From Candidatus Krumholzibacteriota bacterium (lineage in GTDB: Bacteria; Krumholzibacteriota; Krumholzibacteriia; LZORAL124-64-63), in contig JBDLKA010000085.1 in the NCBI GenBank assembly GCA_039714075.1, forward strand, positions 1 through 15,740: DNA of 15,740 nucleotides, given 5' to 3'. This document shows positions 8,503 through 15,275 of this stretch, piece after piece; within the stretch, counting starts at the first letter, position 1, and each line of letters opens with the position of its first letter. The notes beneath the pieces are model-generated. The model searched no databases. It saw nothing but the letters and a program-made list of their open reading frames with translations, and had not been told where the DNA came from. The translations under genes were made by a program, and so were the position numbers.

Positions 8503-8593
8503 ACGCGGGATGTTCTGGTCTTGACGGCCTTTTGTTGCCATCCGGTGGCCCGGCCTCCGCCGGAGGCCTAGATTGTCGACTAGGAGGCGCCCC

Positions 8594-8848
8594 ATGGTCA
8601 GGCCCAGCCGAACTCTCGATCCGCTATTCCGGAAACCGGCAAAGCGCGACCCCGCCCAGGATCTCCAACGCCGGGCGGACCGCATCTGCTCCTTGATTGT
8701 CGCCAGCGATTATCCGGACATCGACATCGACATCGAAATCCACAACCTGCGCCAGTGGTGCGAAAAGCACATCCCCGCGCGCAGGGATCTTTTTGAAATC
8801 ATTTACGTGAACCGCTTCCGACGGCTCCGCGATCAGTTTCGCTCATGA
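8594..8848 (+). CDS. Small conserved-looking helical hypothetical protein, 84 aa
   Basis: Strong RBS AGGAGG (8582-8587) before ATG 8594. The sequence is protein-like and amphipathic (ADRICSLIVASDYPDIDIDIEI...LFEIIYVNRFRRLRDQFR). No function recognised. Confidence 0.75.
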   Translation: MVRPSRTLDPLFRKPAKRDPAQDLQRRADRICSLIVASDYPDIDIDIEIHNLRQWCEKHIPARRDLFEIIYVNRFRRLRDQFRS

Positions 8849-8876
8849 GCTTTCCCCTTGGGCCGGTTATCGGGGA

Positions 8877-9701
8877 ATGGTCGACGTGAAGGACCCCGAC
8901 GGCATTGAATTCCTGCAATGGGCTCTGCCGCACCTCAACATGCGCTGGCCGGGCTTCCGCAAAGTTCGCAGGCAGGTGTTCAAACGTATTCAACGTCGCA
9001 TGAATGAACTGGGCCTTTGCAGCGCCGCCGGGTACCGCGCCTACCTCGAGCAACATGCCGACGAATGGGCGGTCCTGGATGGGCTGTGTCGGGTCAGCAT
9101 CTCCCGGTTCTACCGCGATCATGCGCTGTTCAAATCGTTGCAGGAAGTGGTCCTGCCCGACCTGGCACGCAACTTAGACCAAGCCGAGTTGCACTGTTGG
9201 TGCGCCGGCTGCGCGGGGGGCGAAGAACCTTATTCGTTGGCGATCATGTGGGATCGCGAGTTGGCGGCGCGGTTTCCTGAGCATCGGTTGCGGATCCTGG
9301 CCACCGACACGGACGAGGTTCAGCTCGAGCGGGGGCGCCGGGCGTGCTATCCGCCGAGCGCGTTGCGGGAGTTGCCGACCGAATGGAGGGAGACGGCATT
9401 CACTTTGGCGGCGGGTGTCTACGCGTTGCGGCCGGAACATCGCAAGCGCGTGGAGTTCCAGCTTCACGACGTTCGGGCGGTGCCGCCGCCGGGAAGGTTC
9501 CACCTTGTCCTGTGCCGTAATCTGGCGTTCACGTATTTCGACCAGAACATGCAGAGCCAGGTATTGGAGCGGTTGCTGGAGAGTCTGGTCGTGGGCGGGT
9601 ATCTGGTGATCGGGACGCGCGAGGAATTGCCGGACGAAGGAGACGACCTGGTGCGGGTGGCGCCGGGCAGAGGGATCTACCGCCATGATATTGGCGGCTG
9701 A
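8877..9701 (+). CDS. cheR: CheR-family protein-glutamate O-methyltransferase (orphan)
   Basis: Motifs SRFYRD, WCAGCAGGEEPYSLA, ILATDTD, FHLVLCRNLAFTYFD and GGYLVIG. GTG 8886 is an alternative start. Confidence 0.9.
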   Translation: MVDVKDPDGIEFLQWALPHLNMRWPGFRKVRRQVFKRIQRRMNELGLCSAAGYRAYLEQHADEWAVLDGLCRVSISRFYRDHALFKSLQEVVLPDLARNLDQAELHCWCAGCAGGEEPYSLAIMWDRELAARFPEHRLRILATDTDEVQLERGRRACYPPSALRELPTEWRETAFTLAAGVYALRPEHRKRVEFQLHDVRAVPPPGRFHLVLCRNLAFTYFDQNMQSQVLERLLESLVVGGYLVIGTREELPDEGDDLVRVAPGRGIYRHDIGG

Positions 9702-9765
9702 TGGATTTTTGGGAGACATTGGTATTCCCCGCAATGGCTCGCCCACGGTCAACCGGAGGTCGAAC

Positions 9766-10437
9766 ATGCGAAGGTTCCTGCTCGCTCTTCCCCTGCTGGC
9801 CCTGTTTGACGGTGAAACGGGTGCCGGAGGATCGACCCTCCAGCAAGTGAAGCTTCCCGACCCGAATCGCCAGGGAGAACTCTCGGTCGAAGAGGGGTTG
9901 CAGAAGCGCCGGTCGGTCCGGGAGTATGCGCCCGGACCACTGAAGCTTGAAGATGTGGCCCAGATCCTTTGGGCCGCCCAGGGTTTCAACGACCCGGAAG
10001 GTTACCGAACCGCGCCTTCAGCCGGGGCACTGTATCCGCTCGAAGTCTATCTGGTTGTGGGCGAGGTGTCCGACCTTCCGGCAGGTGTGTACCACTATCG
10101 TCCCCGGCAGCACGATCTGGTTCTGGTCAAGAGCGGCGATATGCGCGGACCTCTGTTCTCGGCCTCCATCAGGCAGGAATATGTCAGGGATGCTCCTGCC
10201 GTTCTGGCCATCGCCGGTGTCTTCGAACGCACCGCCCGCAAGTACGGCCAGCGGGCCCGCCGCTACGTGCACATGGAGGTCGGTCACGCCGCCCAGAACG
10301 TGTATCTGCAGGCGGTGGCCATCGGTCTGGGAACCGTGATGGTGGGCGCCTTTGATGACGGGGATGTGCAGAAGTTGCTTGGCCTTCCCCAGGATCATGA
10401 ACCCCTGGCGCTGATGCCGCTGGGCCGCAGCCGCTGA
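9766..10437 (+). CDS. SagB/ThcOx-family FMN-dependent dehydrogenase (nitroreductase superfamily) with an N-terminal hydrophobic leader, 223 aa
   Basis: Motifs RRSVREY, LWAAQG, RTAPSAGALYPLEVY, EVGHAAQNVYLQA and GAFDD. ATG 9766 follows GGAGGT. The longer ORF-track start (9685) overlaps cheR. Confidence 0.92.
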   Translation: MRRFLLALPLLALFDGETGAGGSTLQQVKLPDPNRQGELSVEEGLQKRRSVREYAPGPLKLEDVAQILWAAQGFNDPEGYRTAPSAGALYPLEVYLVVGEVSDLPAGVYHYRPRQHDLVLVKSGDMRGPLFSASIRQEYVRDAPAVLAIAGVFERTARKYGQRARRYVHMEVGHAAQNVYLQAVAIGLGTVMVGAFDDGDVQKLLGLPQDHEPLALMPLGRSR

Positions 10438-10633
10438 ATCCTGCCCAACAGCGGTTGGGGTCTTGCCCGGCCCCATCGTAACCGCAAAACTGTCATGGCG
10501 GACGGCAAATTTGGGGGAGGGACAGGTCGCGTTCAATGGCCGCTTCGCCAGGTTGTTGCTATATTTACATTTGCCGCAATCATTATCCCATCGGATCTTG
10601 TTGAAGGTCGATAATACGAAAGGGGGCCTGCGG

Positions 10634-11758
10634 ATGCCTTTTTCCAGTCCACAGCCTGCCTCGTTCACGCCGAAAGTTTTCTACTTCAGTAAGCCCTCGC
10701 AGATTTCGGAGATCCCTGCCGCGGTCGCCCGTAAACTTGATGCCGTGGCCGAACAATTTGCTTTCCGTGCCAATGACTACTACCTGGGTCTCATTGACTG
10801 GAACGATCCGGCTGACCCCATCCGCCGACTCATCATACCCGATACGGCGGAACTCAACGATTGGGGTGAGTTGGATGCCTGTAACGAGGCCGGAAACACG
10901 GTAGTTCACGGACTCCAGCACAAATATCGTGACACGGTCCTGGTACTGGCTGCGGCCACCTGCGCCGCATATTGCCGCTACTGTTTCCGCAAGCGGCTGT
11001 TCATGCGCCACAACGAGGAGACCGCGCGGGACCTCGGTCCGGTCTACGAGTATGTGGCCCGGCATCCCGAGATCACGGACGTCCTGCTGTCGGGCGGCGA
11101 CCCGCTGGTGTTGAGTACCGACCGTTTGGCGCCCATCATTCGCCGTTTGGCCAATATTCCCCATGTGCGGACCATCCGCATGGGCTCCAAGGTGCCGGCG
11201 TTCAATCCCCACCGGTTGCTCGACGACGAAGCCCTCCAGGAACTGGTCGCCCAGGTGACGGCGGGCGGGACGGCCGTGTACCTGATGGCCCACTTCGACC
11301 ACCCCCGCGAACTCACCGACCTGGCGTGCAACGGAATCCGGGCCATGCGGCAGGCGGGCGCCAACATGGCTAACCAGTGTCCCATCGTCCGGGGAGTGAA
11401 CGACGACGCCGAGGTGCTCGCCGAGCTTTTCGAGGCGGCTACGGAACTGGGCATGCCTCAGTACTATCTGTTCCAGGGGCGTCCCACGTCCGGCAACGAG
11501 CCCTACGAGGTACCGCTGGTGCGGGGTTGGCAATTGTTCGATGCCGCGCGCCGCCGGTGTTCCGGTCTTTCGCGGTGGGCGCGGTTCGTCATGAGTCACG
11601 CCAGCGGCAAGATCGAGGTGCTTGGGGTGGATGATCGACACATCCACCTGCGCTATCATCGAGCCCGCGACGAGGCCGACGAGAGCCGGATCATGGTGGC
11701 CCGCCGGGATGATCGGGCCTGCTGGTTCGACGAACTGGAGTTGCTGGACCTTTGCTGA
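10634..11758 (+). CDS. KamA-family (lysine 2,3-aminomutase-like) radical SAM protein, 374 aa
   Basis: GLQHKYRDTVL, the CxxxCxxC motif CAAYCRYCFRK, LLSGGDPL, HFDHPRE, NQCPIVRGVNDD, YYLFQ and a candidate PLP-binding lysine in HASGKIE. ATG 10634 follows AAAGGGGG. Confidence 0.92.
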   Translation: MPFSSPQPASFTPKVFYFSKPSQISEIPAAVARKLDAVAEQFAFRANDYYLGLIDWNDPADPIRRLIIPDTAELNDWGELDACNEAGNTVVHGLQHKYRDTVLVLAAATCAAYCRYCFRKRLFMRHNEETARDLGPVYEYVARHPEITDVLLSGGDPLVLSTDRLAPIIRRLANIPHVRTIRMGSKVPAFNPHRLLDDEALQELVAQVTAGGTAVYLMAHFDHPRELTDLACNGIRAMRQAGANMANQCPIVRGVNDDAEVLAELFEAATELGMPQYYLFQGRPTSGNEPYEVPLVRGWQLFDAARRRCSGLSRWARFVMSHASGKIEVLGVDDRHIHLRYHRARDEADESRIMVARRDDRACWFDELELLDLC

Positions 11759-12462
11759 ACGACTCGTCGCCACAAACAGGACCGGCCCCGGAATCATCCC
11801 CTGTCCCGAAGGGCCGGCCGGTCCTGTCACGGTTGTTGTGCGTTGTTCTTTTCGCAACCGCCATGGGATTCCTGGAGGCCATTTGTGTCATCTATCTCCG
11901 GAAAAACCTCTTCTTTTCCGGACCTGACATCCAGGAGATCGTGGCGCAACTCGGTCGCTTCGGAATCGAACATGTTCGCGAGGCGTGCACCATCGTCATG
12001 CTCTTGACAGTGGCGTATGTCGCCGCCTTCAATTCCCGAACCGTAATTGCGATGTTTTTCCTGATGTTCGGCGTCTGGGATATTACCTACTACATCGGCT
12101 TGCGGATTTTTGCGGGCTGGCCGGTTTCATTGGTGGAATGGGATTGCCTGTTTCTGATCCCCGTGCCCTGGTATGGCCCGGTGCTTGCCCCCGTACTCAT
12201 CAGTTTGTTCTTCGTGGCCAGCTGTATTCTGCTGATTCTTCGCGAGGCCGCCGGCTCCAGCCTGCGGATGACATTGCCCGCCCTGGCCCTGCTGGGATCG
12301 GGCTTCGGGCTCTGGTACTGGTCGTTCGTGAAGGATACCGATACCATCATGGCCGGCGGCTATTCCGGTGTCGTGTATTCGTGGCCCCTGTTTTTCGGCG
12401 GGATGTCCTGTGCGGTGCTCGGGGTCTTTATCGCTGCGCGCAAACGGGTCGAATATTGTTGA
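11752..12462 (+). CDS. Polytopic membrane protein of unknown function, 236 aa
   Basis: About six hydrophobic segments with motif-like stretches AMGFLEA, REACTIVML, FGVWDITYY and WDCLFLIPVPWYGPVLAP. The TTG start overlaps the radical SAM stop (TTGCTGA), and the exact start is uncertain. Confidence 0.8.
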   Translation: MLNDSSPQTGPAPESSPVPKGRPVLSRLLCVVLFATAMGFLEAICVIYLRKNLFFSGPDIQEIVAQLGRFGIEHVREACTIVMLLTVAYVAAFNSRTVIAMFFLMFGVWDITYYIGLRIFAGWPVSLVEWDCLFLIPVPWYGPVLAPVLISLFFVASCILLILREAAGSSLRMTLPALALLGSGFGLWYWSFVKDTDTIMAGGYSGVVYSWPLFFGGMSCAVLGVFIAARKRVEYC

Positions 12463-12487
12463 ATACAGGATGTCAATATGATACCTT
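12459..12487 (+). promoter_or_regulatory. Putative sigma70-type promoter for the secreted Cys-rich protein
   Basis: TTGAAT (12459-12464), a 17-nt spacer, then TACCTT (12482-12487) with an extended TGn. It overlaps the inverted repeat ATATTG (12453-12458) / CAATAT (12474-12479). Confidence 0.35.
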
Positions 12488-12573
12488 CCGCGAGGGGCAT
12501 CAGGGGGGATATCATTTTTTCGTTTTTTTGTTTCCCCTTTTGTTGCTCTAACTCATTCCTAGGGGGGAATATC

Positions 12574-13200
12574 ATGAAAATTATCCTACTGTTCGTCGCC
12601 ATAGCCGCCTTGGGCCTGACCGGCCTGGCGCATGGCCAATGCAACACCGATCCCAACGAGATCGGCATCTTCTGGGATCAGGACTGCACCACCTGCACGA
12701 ATTGCCTGTACTTTACCGGTGGACCGGCGTACGCCTACGTCATCCTGATCAACTGCACCCAGCCCGCGGGGATTAGCGGATTCGAGTTCTGCCTGGTCAA
12801 TGCGGACGGGACGGCTTTCCTGCCGACTCCCGGCAACTTCATCTCGGGGTACACCTACCCACCCGGGGCGATCAATGCTCACACCGAGCCGTGTTTCGCC
12901 GTGGGATTGGCGAGCCCGATGCCCTCGAGCCCCTGCATGACCCTGATTACCATCAATCTGTTGATTTTCGGAGTCGATCCTTGGTGCTTCGGCGTCATGC
13001 CGTCGGTTCCGGCCTCGATTCCGGGGCACATGGCCTATGCCGACGGGGCTAATCCCGGCCTTCTGTTGCCCATGTATCCCAATACGGGACCTGGAGCCAC
13101 GGATTACGCCATGGCCTGCGTGAACAGTCCGATCTGTGATCAACATCCCGTCGGGGTGGAGGAATCGAGTTGGGGGTCCCTCAAGAGCTTGTACCGCTGA
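12574..13200 (+). CDS. Secreted Cys-rich protein (possibly cohesin-like fold) with C-terminal SWGSLKSLYR tail, 208 aa
   Basis: RBS AGGGGGG. Signal peptide MKIILLFVAIAALGLTGLAHG-Q. Eleven Cys in the mature chain. Ends PVGVEESSWGSLKSLYR. Confidence 0.85.
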   Translation: MKIILLFVAIAALGLTGLAHGQCNTDPNEIGIFWDQDCTTCTNCLYFTGGPAYAYVILINCTQPAGISGFEFCLVNADGTAFLPTPGNFISGYTYPPGAINAHTEPCFAVGLASPMPSSPCMTLITINLLIFGVDPWCFGVMPSVPASIPGHMAYADGANPGLLLPMYPNTGPGATDYAMACVNSPICDQHPVGVEESSWGSLKSLYR

Positions 13201-13221
13201 CCTGACCTGCTCGTTTGGACG

Positions 13222-13258
13222 GCCCGGGTTGCCGCGCGGCAGCCCGGGTTCTTCTGTT
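13222..13258 (+). terminator. Rho-independent terminator
   Basis: 12-bp stem GCCCGGGTTGCC-GCGC-GGCAGCCCGGGT (two G-U pairs) followed by TCTTCTGTT, 21 nt after the stop codon. Confidence 0.7.
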
Positions 13259-13353
13259 CGAAAATCATCCGGCGGGCTGGACGATGGATGCAATTGTTGG
13301 TAATTTTCCGTGCTGTCGTCGCAAAGCCACCCATTCCAAAAGGTCGACAACCC

Positions 13354-14202
13354 ATGCCTGAGCAGCTATCCGGATTCCACCGGGACCGAGCGAAGTTTCT
13401 GTGTTCTGCCCTGCGGCGGTTTCCGGTGGTGCTCACTGTGATGGTCCTTGCCCTACCTGGTTTATTTCCCCGGTCGGCCGGCGCCTCCGGTATCGAAATG
13501 ATCCTGATTCCCCCGGGAACGTTCCTGATGGGGAGTCCGGAAAGCGAGCCCGGGCGCGCCGACCACGAGTTGCAGCATAAAGTCACCCTGACCCGCGCCT
13601 TTTGGCTGGGAAAAACCGAGGTGACTCAACGCCAGTGGAAGGCCGTGATGGGGAACAACCCGGCGAAGATCAAGGGCGAGGATCATCCGGTGGAGAAGGT
13701 CAGCTGGTACGACTGCGTGAATTTCTGTAACAAACTCTCGGCGCTGGAAGGGCTGACGCCGGCCTACCAAATCTTGGGGGAAAGCGTCACCTGGGACCAG
13801 TCGGCCGACGGCTATCGTTTGCCCACGGAAGCGGAGTGGGAGTACGCCTGCCGGGCGGGGACGACGGGGCCGTTTGCGGGTGACCTGGACGAGATGGCAA
13901 TCTATAGCAAGAACTCGGTCAGGAAAACCCGTGCGGTGGGGACCAGAAAGGCCAACCCCTGGGGTTTCCACGATATGCACGGCAACGTGGCGGAGTGGTG
14001 CTGGGACCGGTATGAGAGGGATTATGGGGCGGATTGGGTGATCGATCCGACCGGTCCCGCTGAAGGCGATTTCCGGATCGAACGCGGCGGCAACTGGCAT
14101 TTCAACGCCATGGGTTGCCGGTCCGCGAGCCGCGGCACGGACAAATCCGTCACCCGGAGAAACAGGGTGGGTTTCCGTCTGGCGAGGTGGGCTCTCAACT
14201 AA
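13354..14202 (+). CDS. Exported FGE-sulfatase-family (SUMF1/EgtB/PvdO, CLec-fold) protein, 282 aa
   Basis: Hydrophobic leader ending AGA-S. Motifs IPPGTFLMGS, KTEVTQRQW, HPVEKVSW, YRLPTEAEWEYACRAG, WGFHDMHGNVAEWCWD, RGGNW and GFRLAR. ATG 13354 follows AAAGGT, and the start is uncertain. Confidence 0.92.
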   Translation: MPEQLSGFHRDRAKFLCSALRRFPVVLTVMVLALPGLFPRSAGASGIEMILIPPGTFLMGSPESEPGRADHELQHKVTLTRAFWLGKTEVTQRQWKAVMGNNPAKIKGEDHPVEKVSWYDCVNFCNKLSALEGLTPAYQILGESVTWDQSADGYRLPTEAEWEYACRAGTTGPFAGDLDEMAIYSKNSVRKTRAVGTRKANPWGFHDMHGNVAEWCWDRYERDYGADWVIDPTGPAEGDFRIERGGNWHFNAMGCRSASRGTDKSVTRRNRVGFRLARWALN

Positions 14203-14976
14203 CGATAAAGAGCCTTGAAACCGCCCAATGAAGTTTTACTGGTGGCAACCCGGACCGGGCCCCATATATCCAGTCTTCCACTGTTGGATGTGTAGAGATT
14301 TCCGTTGTCACCCTCCTGAATCCCCCTTGTGTTCGGGGCGTACCAACTTGTCAGCAGGGTTCCCGCCGGGTCAATTTTGAAGGCAGTCGGTGTTCCCGAC
14401 CCGTTGAGAATACTGACCACCCCAATGGTCCCTTCGGGGCCGACATCCATAGCAAAGGGGAGGACCGACCCACCGAAGCGATAGACTTCTTCGATGAATA
14501 CACCATTCAAATCCGTCTTCTTGACCCTGTTTGTAGACTTATCCCATTCGATGGTCAGAACATTTCCCTCGGCATCAAAGTCCACGTCACGCAGGCCGAT
14601 GAACTGGTCGTTTCCGGAGCCCCATGATCCCCACTTCATTTTGAAATTGCCGGAGGAATCGAAGACCTGCAGTCGGGAATTGAAAAAGTCGCAACATAAA
14701 TATCCCCATTGGGATGGACCGCAATGCCATGAGGCTGATTGAATTGCCCATCTCCGGTGCCAATGCTGCCGAATTCCATGAGGAATCGACCGTGTACACA
14801 TTGCCCGCGTCATCAGTCACGATTCCGTAGAAAGAACTCGCGGCAGTGCCGTCGGGGTAGAATACCGGGTCTGTCCTTAAAATCAGCGGAGGGGGATCTT
14901 CCAAAGCCATGGCTGGAATTACGAAACCGACCACCAGAATGAGCGCAAAGATGACAGATAGTTGGGACTGACGCAT
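14199..14976 (-). pseudogene. Secreted NHL-repeat (6-bladed beta-propeller) protein gene split over three frames (pseudogene or assembly error)
   Basis: Frame A (14976-14785) gives a signal peptide plus [14 protein letters not shown]. Frame B (14785-14693) gives [31 protein letters not shown]. Frame C (14690-14199) gives [30 protein letters not shown]...SLGGFKALYR. All three segments match the NHL repeat consensus. Confidence 0.85.
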
Positions 14977-15193
14977 TTACTGGACTCCTGTCTGGACAAT
15001 TTTGAAAATTTGCCTCCGGATGGTGAAGACGGATGCTTCCATTCATACTGACGAAAAGGCATACAAATCCGGCCAACTTTTTTGACGAGGACATTTGGAC
15101 TTGCTGCCCTGCCCAGGCTTCTCAAATGTGCCAACATGGGGAACGGCCAGTAAAGAGGTGAGCCCAGGTGGATCCGTTTACCGGGGTCGGGGA

Positions 15194-15234
15194 CCACAAC
15201 AAAGGCCCTGGCTTTTCGGCCAGGGCCTTGTTTT
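15194..15234. terminator. Probably bidirectional Rho-independent terminator
   Basis: Perfect 11-bp stem AAGGCCCTGGC (15202-15212) / GCCAGGGCCTT (15219-15229), followed by GTTTT on + and TGTTGT on -. It lies downstream of the minus-strand gene ending at 15276. Confidence 0.75.
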
Positions 15235-15241
15235 CGTGGGG

Positions 15242-15266
15242 GCCCAGGGCAGATACTGCCCCGGGC
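15242..15266 (-). other. 3'-UTR hairpin immediately after the dockerin-like gene
   Basis: On the minus strand GCCCGGGGCAG-TAT-CTGCCCTGGGC forms an 11-bp stem with one G-U pair. That pair is an A-C mismatch on +, which favours the minus-strand transcript. Confidence 0.5.
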
Positions 15267-15275
15267 AGGCCTTTG

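Noticed and set aside
10583..11857. 424-aa minus-strand ORF antisense to the radical SAM gene
   Set aside because: Shadow ORF with no motifs.
8594..12462. Possible RiPP cluster (small ORF, methyltransferase, SagB, radical SAM, membrane protein)
   Set aside because: There is no YcaO, RRE or SPASM domain. The small ORF looks like a folded helical protein rather than a leader-core precursor, and the radical SAM enzyme is an aminomutase type separated by a ~200-nt gap.
12685..12705. CTTCTNC (CxxCxxC) as a ferredoxin-type Fe-S motif
   Set aside because: It lacks the following xxxCP and lies in a Sec-exported Cys-rich protein, where disulfides are more likely.
6961..14202. Complete diversity-generating retroelement
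   Set aside because: No reverse transcriptase, Avd-like gene or adenine-variant template repeat is visible in the window. The similarity between the two FGE genes is ordinary paralogy.
15137..15196. Possible tRNA or tRNA remnant ending in CCA before the terminator hairpin
   Set aside because: No cloverleaf or T-loop consensus on either strand, and too short.
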